Assembly (NCBI GenBank): GCA_021734905.1
Contig: JAIPIB010000006.1
Span: 8,851 to 32,850, forward strand
Origin: Minisyncoccota bacterium
GTDB taxonomy: Bacteria; Patescibacteriota; Minisyncoccia; Phycocordibacterales; UBA918
Direction: 5' to 3'
DNA length: 24,000 nucleotides
Positions 6,729 to 14,733 of this stretch are shown here, piece after piece. Under the pieces are notes generated by a model, which did not search any database, was not told the origin of the DNA, and was given only the letters and a program-made list of their open reading frames with translations. How positions within the stretch are numbered: position 1 is the first letter of the stretch; every line of letters begins with the position of its first letter. Both the position numbers and the translations under genes were made by a program.

Positions 6729-7304
6729 ATGTCTCGAACACTTACACCATTTTTATCGATTATCATTGCAATACTGTTGTTCTTGTTCTTCACTCAACCG
6801 AATTATGAGGAGGTTAAGAATCTTCAGAAAGAGACCGAAGAATATGTATCAGCAACTGAGAAGTACAACAATTTTAATACACGAATTGAAGAATTACTCA
6901 CAAGGAAAGATTCTATAAAGGAGTCTCAGAAAAAAATGTTGGATCTCCTTGTTCCTAAAAGTATTGATGATACTAGAACACTTGTTGATTTGAAGGTACT
7001 TGCAGAGAAAAATGGCCTTTTGTTTGGGAATGTTTCTATTGAGGGTGGTGACATACAGTTACAGGCAAAATCCACGTCTGGTAATAAAGCCAAGGTCAGT
7101 ACCACTGGAAGCAAGGAGCTTGTTACTTCAGATATTTCCTTTGAGGTTATTGGATTTTATCCACAATTCAAAGACTTCCTTCGTGATATAGAAAGTAGCT
7201 TAACTATTATGGAAGTAGTCGATATAACCTTTACTTCAAACGAGAGTCGCTTTCAGCAATTTTCAGTGAAGATCAGAACGTATGCGCTACCGCAGGGTAA
7301 ATAA
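6729..7304 (+). CDS. PilO-like bitopic membrane protein
   Basis: N-terminal TM helix (LTPFLSIIIAILLFLFF), then a coiled-coil-like region (NYEEVKNLQKETEEYVSATEKYNNFNTRIEELL) and a small alpha/beta C-terminal domain. The ATG lies 1 nt after the previous stop. This is the classic PilO layout and position. Confidence 0.55.
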   Translation: MSRTLTPFLSIIIAILLFLFFTQPNYEEVKNLQKETEEYVSATEKYNNFNTRIEELLTRKDSIKESQKKMLDLLVPKSIDDTRTLVDLKVLAEKNGLLFGNVSIEGGDIQLQAKSTSGNKAKVSTTGSKELVTSDISFEVIGFYPQFKDFLRDIESSLTIMEVVDITFTSNESRFQQFSVKIRTYALPQGK

Positions 7305-7315
7305 TTTAAGTATTT

Positions 7316-7618
7316 ATGTCACCAACATTTAAAAAATTGATCGCAGCATTATGTGTCATTGTCCTGTTAGGGGGAGTTTATGTTTATGTTTCTAGCAGAA
7401 ATTCAGATAGCGAGATGGTCTTATCTTCAGGTGAATTTTTAAGTCCCGAGGCAGCACAGCGCACAGAAGAAGTTTTGAGAAATATACAGGAGATTGACGG
7501 TTATAAGTTGGACGACACGCTCTTCCTGGATAGACGTTTTACGTCACTTGTTGATACGAGAATTGAGCTTATAGACATACGGACTGGGAGATACGACCCA
7601 TTTGTACCAGTTAATTAA
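7316..7618 (+). CDS. small membrane-anchored protein of the pilus operon (unknown role)
   Basis: 100-aa ORF with an N-terminal anchor helix (LIAALCVIVLLGGVYVYV), tightly spaced between the PilO-like gene and pilB. Confidence 0.5.
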   Translation: MSPTFKKLIAALCVIVLLGGVYVYVSSRNSDSEMVLSSGEFLSPEAAQRTEEVLRNIQEIDGYKLDDTLFLDRRFTSLVDTRIELIDIRTGRYDPFVPVN

Positions 7619-7630
7619 GGTATATAGATT

Positions 7631-9445
7631 TTGCGTGTTATGAATCTTCTCGCGCTCCTTGCGGAAAAAAATGTAATTGACGCAGCACAGCGTGAGCGTG
7701 TGGAGGCGCTTGCTGTCGAATCAGGTATTTCTTATGAACGAGCTCTCCTTGATGGAGGTGTCGACCCAGACAGTATTCGCGATGCAATTGGCGCATATTT
7801 CGATCTTCCGACAAGAGCAATTTCCGAACGCGATACAATCAAGTCCTCTGCCCTTAAGTATCTTTCAGAGGAATCCGCACGTCACTATAAAATTCTCCCC
7901 ATTGAACTTGAGGACGGGATACTTATTGTTGGACTTACTGATCCTGATGATCTTTCTTTCCGCGATGCACTTAATTTTATAACAGCAAAAGATCAAATTC
8001 CGTACAAATTGGTTGTTATATTAGAGCGAGATTTTGAATACGGCGTAAAATCATACGAAAACATAACTGGCGAAGTTGATGAGGCACTTGGTGTTCTTGA
8101 GTCTGAACTTGAGGAGGAAAGCGAAGGTGTTCCAGAAGAGAAAAAAAAGATAGAGGTTATTAAGGAAGACGCACCGGTAACAAAAATTGTTGCAACTATA
8201 CTCAGGTATGCAGTTGATGGTTCTGCATCTGATATTCACATCGAACCTTCTGCAAAAAAAACCAATGTCCGGTTTCGTGTAGATGGAACACTTGTGCATA
8301 GTCTCGAACTCCCAGAAAAAATTCATCAAGCTGTAGTTGCCCGAATTAAAATTCTTTCATCATTGAGACTTGATGAGAAGCGTAAACCACAAGATGGTCG
8401 TTTCTCAGCATCTATTGATGGAAGACAGATTGATTTTCGTGTCTCGATTTTACCAACGAATCATGGTGAAAAAGTGGTGATGCGTATTTTGGATACAGAG
8501 GCAGGAATTCGTACGCTCGAGGATACCGGTGTGTCTGCACATAATATTGCGCTTATTCGAAAGGCTTTAGCACAGCCGTTTGGCATTATTCTTATTTCGG
8601 GACCTACTGGTTCAGGTAAGTCGACTACACTGTACGGTATGCTCTCTGAGGTTGATAGAATAGGAAAGAATGTTATTTCACTCGAAGATCCAGTTGAGTA
8701 TAGTATTGATGGTGTCAGCCAATCACAAGTTAGGCCAGAAATTGGGTATACTTTTGCGAATGGTCTTCGGACGGCACTCAGACAAGACCCCGACGTCATC
8801 ATGGTTGGAGAAATTCGTGATAAAGAGACAGCGCAACTTGCTATTCAAGCAGCACTTACGGGACATCTCGTACTCTCAACCATTCACACAAATAATTCTG
8901 TAGGTGTGATTCCGCGACTTATTGATATGGGCGTTGATCCATATCTTATTGCTCCAACACTTGAACTTGCACTCGCACAGAGACTCGTCCGCCGCATTTG
9001 CCCTAATTCTGGTAAAAAAGTACCTGTTGCAGGAAGTATTAAGGCGCTCATCGATAGTGAATTCGAAGATCTTCCTGAGCGTTTTAGAAAGATAATTCCT
9101 CAAAGTGATCACGTGTTATTTGTTGAGGCTACTGAAGAGTGTTCAAGTGGAACTAAGGGACGAGTTGCAGTTATGGAGGCAATTACGATTGATGAAGAGA
9201 TTGAACGGCTCATCTTGGATGATGCAGACGAAGAAAAAATTCTTGCTGTTGCACGAAAAAATGGATTTATAAGTATGAAGGAGGATGCCATTATTAAAGC
9301 GCTAGACCACATCATTCCTTTTGAGGAAATAAGTACTCTTGGTGGCGCCATGCTTGTTTCTGATGAGGCGGAGAAAGAGGCTGTTGAAATTAAAGACGTT
9401 GATCTCGCACCATCTGTCGATAACCAAGTATCATCTAATGTATAA
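7631..9445 (+). CDS. pilB: type IV pilus extension ATPase PilB (GspE family)
   Basis: N-terminal T2SSE_N-like domain. Walker A GPTGSGKST, Asp box, Walker B DPDVIMVGEIRD and His box LTGHLVLSTIHTN. TTG 7631 or ATG 7640 could be the start. Confidence 0.9.
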   Translation: MRVMNLLALLAEKNVIDAAQRERVEALAVESGISYERALLDGGVDPDSIRDAIGAYFDLPTRAISERDTIKSSALKYLSEESARHYKILPIELEDGILIVGLTDPDDLSFRDALNFITAKDQIPYKLVVILERDFEYGVKSYENITGEVDEALGVLESELEEESEGVPEEKKKIEVIKEDAPVTKIVATILRYAVDGSASDIHIEPSAKKTNVRFRVDGTLVHSLELPEKIHQAVVARIKILSSLRLDEKRKPQDGRFSASIDGRQIDFRVSILPTNHGEKVVMRILDTEAGIRTLEDTGVSAHNIALIRKALAQPFGIILISGPTGSGKSTTLYGMLSEVDRIGKNVISLEDPVEYSIDGVSQSQVRPEIGYTFANGLRTALRQDPDVIMVGEIRDKETAQLAIQAALTGHLVLSTIHTNNSVGVIPRLIDMGVDPYLIAPTLELALAQRLVRRICPNSGKKVPVAGSIKALIDSEFEDLPERFRKIIPQSDHVLFVEATEECSSGTKGRVAVMEAITIDEEIERLILDDADEEKILAVARKNGFISMKEDAIIKALDHIIPFEEISTLGGAMLVSDEAEKEAVEIKDVDLAPSVDNQVSSNV

Positions 9446-9462
9446 CAGCGTATAATATAAAT

Positions 9463-9831
9463 ATGAAAATATTACTTGTCGACGACGATGCATTTCTTCG
9501 AGATATGTATGCAACAAAATTCAGGGAACTTAAACACACTATCAATGTTGCTGAAACAGCAGAAAGTGCTTTAGTAAAACTTCAGGCAGATACCTATGAT
9601 GCTGTTCTCTTAGACATGATAATGCCAGGAATGACCGGAGTTGATTTATTGAAACAGATTCAGAAAGAAAAAATTGGCGGCAATCCAAAGTTTATTATGC
9701 TCACGAACCAAAGTGAAGAGTCTGATAGAGAAGCCGCGCTTGCTGCAGGCGCTGCGGGGTATATTGTCAAAGCAGAGCTTATCCCGAGTGAGGTAGTCGC
9801 AGAAGTACTTAAACTTGTTTCAAAAAAATAG
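9463..9831 (+). CDS. stand-alone response-regulator receiver protein (CheY/PilH-like)
   Basis: 122 aa. MKILLVDDD acidic pocket, phospho-acceptor context LLDMIMPGMTG, and later LTN...K. No output domain. Confidence 0.9.
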   Translation: MKILLVDDDAFLRDMYATKFRELKHTINVAETAESALVKLQADTYDAVLLDMIMPGMTGVDLLKQIQKEKIGGNPKFIMLTNQSEESDREAALAAGAAGYIVKAELIPSEVVAEVLKLVSKK

Positions 9832-9832
9832 C

Positions 9833-10903
9833 ATGTCAACAGTTGATTACAAAAGAGAACTTGAAGACCTTATTGATATCGTTGCGACAGAGAAGGGCTC
9901 CGATATTCATTTGTCTGTGGGAGGACATCCTGTTATTCGTGTTGACGGTTCGCTCATTCATCTTGAGAAAAAGCCGATACTCACAAACGCAGATGTCGAG
10001 GGTTTTATGCACGTTCTTTTGACCAAAGAACAAGAAGAAAAATTTATTGAAACAAGAGAAATCGATTTTTCATATGCAGCGAAAGACGGGGTTCGTTTTC
10101 GCGGGAATGGTTTCTTTCAAAAAGGTGCTATATCTGTCGCACTTCGGCATATTTCAAAAGAGATTAAGAATTTTGATGAGTTAGCACTTCCTGCAGTTCT
10201 TGAATCATTCACACAGCGACCGCAGGGATTTTTTCTCTGCGTTGGTCCGGTAGGTCAAGGAAAATCAACAACACTTGCTGCAATGATTGAACTCATCAAT
10301 CAGACACGGGCGGAACATATCATGACCATCGAAGACCCAATTGAGTATATTTTTGAACCCAAAAAATCCCTTATTGATCAACGTGAGGTTCGTGTCGATA
10401 CCGCTGATTTTCATACAGGCCTACACTCTGCATTTCGTCAGGACGTTGATGTGATTATGGTTGGAGAGATGCGTGGAAGAGACACTATTTCAACAGCGGT
10501 AACTGCAGCAGAGACAGGGCATCTTGTCTTATCGACACTCCATACAAATGACGCCGCACAAACAATTGATCGTATTATTGATACATTTCCTGCAAGTCAG
10601 CAAGATCAGATCCGCGTCCAGCTCTCCGGCTCACTCACTGCCATTTTTTCTCAACGTCTCATACCGAGAATTTCAGGAGGTCTTGTTCCAGCTTTTGAGC
10701 TCCTCATTAATAATACTGCAGTATCAAACTTAATCCGGGAGCGACGGACTCATGAGATTCAAACAGTCATCGAGACGGGAATGGATATTGGTATGATTGA
10801 TATGAATCGTACACTCGTTGAGTTAGTACAACAGGGGGAAATAACTGTTGAGAATGCTTTTGCATACTCAACTAATCCAAAGGGGCTTGAACGTTTAATG
10901 TAA
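9833..10903 (+). CDS. pilT: type IV pilus retraction ATPase PilT
   Basis: Walker A GPVGQGKST, Walker B DVDVIMVGEMRG, His box ETGHLVLSTLHTN and PilT-type AIFSQRL region. ATG 9833 lies 1 nt after the receiver gene stop; the longer ORF from TTG 9815 overlaps that gene. Confidence 0.9.
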   Translation: MSTVDYKRELEDLIDIVATEKGSDIHLSVGGHPVIRVDGSLIHLEKKPILTNADVEGFMHVLLTKEQEEKFIETREIDFSYAAKDGVRFRGNGFFQKGAISVALRHISKEIKNFDELALPAVLESFTQRPQGFFLCVGPVGQGKSTTLAAMIELINQTRAEHIMTIEDPIEYIFEPKKSLIDQREVRVDTADFHTGLHSAFRQDVDVIMVGEMRGRDTISTAVTAAETGHLVLSTLHTNDAAQTIDRIIDTFPASQQDQIRVQLSGSLTAIFSQRLIPRISGGLVPAFELLINNTAVSNLIRERRTHEIQTVIETGMDIGMIDMNRTLVELVQQGEITVENAFAYSTNPKGLERLM

Positions 10904-10912
10904 TTTAATTCT

Positions 10913-12124
10913 ATGTTGTTTTCATATAAAGCAGTCGATAAAGCAGGAGCTCCTCGAGAGGGAACCGTTGACGCGCAAAATATAGAGTCGGCGATTGAGA
11001 CAGTCGAAACTCGTGGCTATACCATTGTTTCTCTTGACCCAATCAACAAAGCGAAGAATTCCTTTTTGGATGTTGAAATTACGTGGTTTGATCGTGTCTC
11101 AAATAAGGACGTTGTGATTCTGTCGCGACAAATCGCAACACTTTTTGAAGCGCAGGTATCGGCGCTCCGTATCTTCCGCCTCCTTGGTACAGAAATTGAA
11201 AACCCGAAGCTGCAGCAAATTTTAAATGATGTGAGCAACGACCTTCAGGGAGGAAGTTCAATATCACGTGCGCTCGCACGGCATCCGGATGTTTTTTCTG
11301 AATTTTATGTGAGTATGGTCAAAGCTGGTGAAGAATCAGGGACACTCGAAAAGACGTTCATGTATCTTGCAGATTATCTTGACCGTATGTACCAAGTGGT
11401 TTCAAAGGCAAGAAATGCACTTATCTACCCAGCATTTGTCATCTCGATATTTATTGGTGTGATGATGCTCATGCTCACACTCGTTATTCCAAATATTAGT
11501 GCAATACTTCTCGATTCTGGGCAAGAAATCCCTGTCTACACAAAGATCGTCATCGGACTTTCAAGCTTCCTGACAAATTATATTGGACTCATTCTCGTAT
11601 TTATCACGCTTATGGGAGTTGTGTATTGGCAGTTTCAAAAAACCGAAGCCGGCAAGCGAACGGTTGATGAATTTAAGCTCGCAATCCCTTTTATTGGTTC
11701 GCTGTACCAAAAACTTTTCCTAACGCGTATCTGTGACAACCTTGCAACAATGCTTACGAGTGGTATCTCGATGGTTCAGGCACTTGAGGTTACTGCAGAA
11801 GTTGTCGACAACCGAGTCTATAAGGAAATAATTGAGAGTACCCTTATTAATGTGAAAGGTGGACGATCTTTTGCAGATTCAATTGCTGAGTATCCTGAAA
11901 TTCCTGGAGTGCTTGCGCAGATGAGTAAGGTGGGTGAAGAAACAGGGAAGCTCGGTGACATTCTCAGCACGCTCGCTGTTTTCTATCAGCGTGAAGTTAA
12001 TAATGCTGTAGACACACTCATCAGCCTCATTGAGCCAGCAATGATAGTGCTTCTTGGACTTGGAGTCGGAGTGCTTTTGGCATCTGTACTCATTCCTATC
12101 TACAATATTACGGGGGCTATCTAG
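10913..12124 (+). CDS. pilC: type IV pilus platform protein PilC (GspF family)
   Basis: 403 aa with two repeated T2SSF-like halves (...LSRQIATLFEAQVSALRIF... and ...ICDNLATMLTSGISMVQAL...) and three or more TM helices. Follows pilT. Confidence 0.9.
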   Translation: MLFSYKAVDKAGAPREGTVDAQNIESAIETVETRGYTIVSLDPINKAKNSFLDVEITWFDRVSNKDVVILSRQIATLFEAQVSALRIFRLLGTEIENPKLQQILNDVSNDLQGGSSISRALARHPDVFSEFYVSMVKAGEESGTLEKTFMYLADYLDRMYQVVSKARNALIYPAFVISIFIGVMMLMLTLVIPNISAILLDSGQEIPVYTKIVIGLSSFLTNYIGLILVFITLMGVVYWQFQKTEAGKRTVDEFKLAIPFIGSLYQKLFLTRICDNLATMLTSGISMVQALEVTAEVVDNRVYKEIIESTLINVKGGRSFADSIAEYPEIPGVLAQMSKVGEETGKLGDILSTLAVFYQREVNNAVDTLISLIEPAMIVLLGLGVGVLLASVLIPIYNITGAI

Positions 12125-12221
12125 GACTTTTTTAAGCAAAATTACTTAGTGTAGGTCTTGGATTTGTTTACTTTCATAGAGCTTTGTCCACAGGCAGTGC
12201 TCTAAATGCTCTCAAACACAG

Positions 12222-12227
12222 TATAAT
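12222..12227 (+). promoter_or_regulatory. possible -10 box for pilin gene 1
   Basis: Perfect TATAAT 50 nt upstream of the pilin ATG (12277). No convincing -35 was found. Confidence 0.25.
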
Positions 12228-12276
12228 AGTTTGTAACCACACTACGTGGAGTAATATATTACTTATTAAATTAAAT

Positions 12277-12732
12277 ATGATGAAAAATACATACAAACGA
12301 GGTTTTACACTCATCGAACTCCTCGTAGTGATCGCTATTATTGGTATCTTGGCTTCAGTGGTTCTTGCATCACTTAACACAGCTCGAGATAAGGGAGCAG
12401 ACGCTGCTGTGAAGGGGGCGCTTTCACAAATGAGAGCACAAGCAGAATTGTTTTACGATACAGGTAGAACATATGATACTATGTGTGGAGATCCCCAAGT
12501 TGATAGTATTCTTGGGAACGCTGCCTCAAATTCAGTTGCTGGAGCAACAGTTGTTTCTGTAGATGGTACAGCAGGAACTGCAACAACAGTGATTTGCCAC
12601 GATTCCCCTACTGCTTACGCAGCCGCAGCACCACTTAAAGGAACCTCTGGTTCATATTACTGTGTAGATTCTACTGGAGTCACAATGGTTACTGGAACGG
12701 CTTTGGTCGCTTCGGGAACTGTCTGTCAGTAG
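12277..12732 (+). CDS. type IV (major-type) pilin, paralog 1
   Basis: MMKNTYKRG|FTLIELLVVIAIIGILASVVLASL is a class III signal peptide with Gly-Phe cleavage/methylation site and Glu5. C-terminal Cys pair (YYCVDS...GTVCQ). The 12184 ORF extension upstream is non-pilin-like. A strong terminator follows. Confidence 0.9.
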   Translation: MMKNTYKRGFTLIELLVVIAIIGILASVVLASLNTARDKGADAAVKGALSQMRAQAELFYDTGRTYDTMCGDPQVDSILGNAASNSVAGATVVSVDGTAGTATTVICHDSPTAYAAAAPLKGTSGSYYCVDSTGVTMVTGTALVASGTVCQ

Positions 12733-12740
12733 TCTTTTAT

Positions 12741-12778
12741 AAACAAAAAACACCCTTTAAAAAGGGTGTTTTTTGTTT
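12741..12778 (+). terminator. rho-independent terminator after pilin 1
   Basis: aaacaaaaaacaccctt-taaaa-agggtgttttttgttt forms a long perfect hairpin whose 3' arm runs into a T tract. It is symmetric, so potentially bidirectional. Confidence 0.8.
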
Positions 12779-12805
12779 ATAAGTCACGTAAGTTTCATAA
12801 TAGTT

Positions 12806-12814
12806 TGGTATACT
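12806..12814 (+). promoter_or_regulatory. possible extended -10 promoter for pilin gene 2
   Basis: TGGTATACT (TGn + TATACT) lies 36 nt upstream of ATG 12850, downstream of the pilin-1 terminator. Confidence 0.3.
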
Positions 12815-12849
12815 GAAAATATTAGTATAGTTTTGTTTTTTGACCTGTA

Positions 12850-13326
12850 ATGAATTATTCTAAACTTAAAAATGGCTTTACACTCCTAGAGCTTCTTGTA
12901 GTAATTACAATCATAAGTATTGTCGCTGTAATTACTGTCGTTTATATTGGCGAATCTAAGGATAAAGGAGCTGATGCGGGTGTTAAATCAAATATAATTA
13001 ACGCGCGCTCACTAGCCGAAGTGTATTATACGAACAACAATAAGACATACGAAGGTGTTTGTGGAGTAGTCGGAGCTGACATGATCGGACACACTATACA
13101 AAAAGCAAAAGAAGCGTATGGCGGAAATGCAAAAAATTCCTACACGGACTCAGTTGCAAGTACCTGGAATACAGAAGAATGTCACGATTCACCAGACGGA
13201 TACGCTGTGTGGGTTCCTGTAAGGGCTTCAACAAACGCAAATCCAAGAGGGTTCTGTATAGATGGTAATAATGTGACAGACATAGCAACGAGTATTCTTA
13301 ATGTGAATGACACAGTTTGTCCGTAG
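12850..13326 (+). CDS. type IV pilin, paralog 2
   Basis: MNYSKLKNG|FTLLELLVVITIISIV prepilin motif, KDKGADAGVKSNI block shared with the other paralogs, C-terminal Cys pair (FCIDG...DTVCP). Confidence 0.9.
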   Translation: MNYSKLKNGFTLLELLVVITIISIVAVITVVYIGESKDKGADAGVKSNIINARSLAEVYYTNNNKTYEGVCGVVGADMIGHTIQKAKEAYGGNAKNSYTDSVASTWNTEECHDSPDGYAVWVPVRASTNANPRGFCIDGNNVTDIATSILNVNDTVCP

Positions 13327-13367
13327 GTTTACTTGAGGTTAGTAACGTATAGTCGCATCAATTTTCA

Positions 13368-13808
13368 ATGAAGAATACATACAAACGAGGTTTCACACTC
13401 ATCGAACTCCTTGTCGTGATTGCAATTATTGGTGCATTAACATCAATAGTTCTTCCGTCACTTAATGCAGCTCGTGACAAAGGCATTGATGCGGCGGTAA
13501 AAAGTAACCTTAGTGGAATACGAGATCAGATGGCGATTTTCCGAGATAATACTGGGAATGCATATACTGGAGGATGTGCAGACCCAAATATTACCAACAC
13601 AATGGCAGTAGCTACGAGTACAGTAGCACCAACTCAAACAATAGGTGGTTTCGGTGATGGAGAATGTATCGCAACAGCAACGGAGTGGTCGGCTTGGGTT
13701 AATCTCAAAGCATCTTCGACCACTGCGTGGTGTGTCGACGCACAAGGGAATTCTAGCGTGATAGCAGCACAAAACAGTAGTACGGCAAATCTAACTGTTT
13801 GTCCATAG
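13368..13808 (+). CDS. type IV pilin, paralog 3
   Basis: MKNTYKRG|FTLIELLVVIAIIGAL. The first ~66 nt are nearly identical to pilin 1. C-terminal Cys pair (WCVDAQG...NLTVCP). The last 66 nt belong to unit 1 of the 132-bp tandem repeat. Confidence 0.9.
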   Translation: MKNTYKRGFTLIELLVVIAIIGALTSIVLPSLNAARDKGIDAAVKSNLSGIRDQMAIFRDNTGNAYTGGCADPNITNTMAVATSTVAPTQTIGGFGDGECIATATEWSAWVNLKASSTTAWCVDAQGNSSVIAAQNSSTANLTVCP

Positions 13809-13843
13809 ATAAGACTACGCCCGTTATTCCATTGCTATTCTCC

Positions 13844-13874
13844 ATGTTGACCAAGGCAAGGCCTCGGTCAACAT
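13844..13874 (+). repeat. REP-like palindromic element, copy 1
   Basis: atgttgaccaaggc-aag-gcctcggtcaacat is an imperfect 14-bp-arm hairpin with one A/C mismatch, located 36 nt after the pilin 3 stop. Confidence 0.8.
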
Positions 13875-13940
13875 CAAGGGAACTCAGGTGAAATAGCTGC
13901 GCAAAACAGTAGTGTCGTTGACCTAACTGTTTGTCCGTAA
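13875..13940 (+). pseudogene. orphan pilin 3' fragment (promoterless, start-less C-terminal cassette)
   Basis: It is open in the pilin frame and encodes QGNSGEIAAQNSSVVDLTVCP*, versus QGNSSVIAAQNSSTANLTVCP* at the end of pilin 3. It has no start codon and no N-terminal pilin part. Confidence 0.7.
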
Positions 13941-13975
13941 ACAAGTCTACATCCGTTATTCCATTGCTATTCTCC

Positions 13976-14006
13976 ATGTTGACCAAGGCAAGGCCTCGGT
14001 CAACAT
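13976..14006 (+). repeat. REP-like palindromic element, copy 2
   Basis: Identical to copy 1. It ends 15 nt before the RAYT ATG. Confidence 0.8.
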
Positions 14007-14021
14007 GTTATAATTTTTATT

Positions 14022-14681
14022 ATGTCGTATAGAGAGACAGAATTCGCTCCTGAGGAGTTTTACCATATTTATAATCGTGGTAATAGCAGGCAAGAGATAT
14101 TTTTAGACACTGCGGACTATAAGCGTTTCCAAGATCTTTTATATCTCGCAAATGCAGTAGAACCTATCTCTGTCCGTAATGCTCGTAGGAATGGTGTATA
14201 TGAGGTTGAGAGGGGAGAACAATTAGTCGCTATTGGTGCATATTGCCTCATGCCAAACCATTTTCATATTTTGTTGACGCCGCTTACTGATAATGCAGTA
14301 ACGACCTTTATGCTTAAAGTCGCAACAGGTTATGCAATGTATTTTAACAAGCGATATACACGTACAGGCAGTCTCTTTGAAGGCAAGTTTAAATCAAAAC
14401 ATGTTATAGGAGATGAATATATGAAATATTTATTTTCATATATTCATCTTAATCCGCTTAAGTTAAAACATACTGATTGGAAGACACGAATCTTGAAGGA
14501 AAAAGATCTGTTAAGGCAAGGACGCGAATATCAATTTTCTTCATATCAGGATTATGTGCAGGACTTACGAAGTGAATCAATGATTCTTGGAAAAGATCAT
14601 TTTCCAAAGTTTTTCTTAAACCCAGTATCCTGGGAAGGCGAAATGAGGGAATGGATCACATTTCCGGAAGTAAACACTTGA
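14022..14681 (+). CDS. REP-associated tyrosine transposase (RAYT; IS200/IS605-like Y1 HUH transposase family)
   Basis: YHIYNRGN N-terminal block, HUH motif CLMPNHFHILL and catalytic-Tyr block LFSYIHLNPLK. The 219-aa size is typical. The gene is flanked by inverted REP hairpins. Confidence 0.85.
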   Translation: MSYRETEFAPEEFYHIYNRGNSRQEIFLDTADYKRFQDLLYLANAVEPISVRNARRNGVYEVERGEQLVAIGAYCLMPNHFHILLTPLTDNAVTTFMLKVATGYAMYFNKRYTRTGSLFEGKFKSKHVIGDEYMKYLFSYIHLNPLKLKHTDWKTRILKEKDLLRQGREYQFSSYQDYVQDLRSESMILGKDHFPKFFLNPVSWEGEMREWITFPEVNT

Positions 14682-14703
14682 CCGAGGCCTTGCCTCGGTC
14701 AAG
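14677..14703 (-). repeat. REP-like palindromic element, copy 3 (inverted orientation)
   Basis: cttgaccgaggc-ctt-gcctcggtcaag. Its core ttgaccgaggccttgcctcggtcaa is the reverse complement of the copy 1/2 core with 1 mismatch (here the hairpin is perfect). It overlaps the RAYT stop codon (14679-14681). Confidence 0.8.
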
Positions 14704-14733
14704 TTCGGGTGTGGGGTTTTATACTTGTTTTGT

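Larger units (their letters stand above)
13743..14006 (+). repeat. exact head-to-tail tandem duplication, 2 x 132 bp
   Basis: Unit 1 is 13743-13874 and unit 2 is 13875-14006, with no gap and no indels. The first 80 nt of the units differ at 21 positions. The last 52 nt (gttattccattgctattctccatgttgaccaaggcaaggcctcggtcaacat) are identical. Confidence 0.95.
13976..14703 (+). mobile_element. RAYT gene with flanking inverted REP hairpins (REP/RAYT unit)
   Basis: The architecture REP(+) - RAYT - REP(-) matches the described organisation of REP-associated transposases. It sits inside an otherwise contiguous pilus locus. Confidence 0.6.

Noticed and set aside
12190-12215. Sigma-54 (-24/-12) promoter upstream of pilin 1
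   Set aside because: The GG...GC elements in aggcagtgctctaaatgc are separated by 13 nt instead of the required 10, and the flanking consensus bases are missing.
12184-12276. N-terminal extension of pilin 1 (ORF starting at 12184)
   Set aside because: The extension would place 31 non-leader-like residues before the MMKNTYKRG|FTL prepilin signal. Prepilin leaders are short and basic, so ATG 12277 is the sensible start.
13753-13986. 77-aa minus-strand ORF with an internal repeat (MENSNGIT... twice)
   Set aside because: The internal repeat is just the antisense translation of the 132-bp tandem duplication. It overlaps the pilin 3 end, and nothing supports it as a gene.
13743-14006. Diversity-generating retroelement (template/variable repeat pair) acting on the pilin C-terminus
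   Set aside because: The 21 differences between the two units involve all base types in both directions (t/c, g/a, c/t, a/t and others), not adenine-specific substitutions. No reverse transcriptase gene is present in the window.
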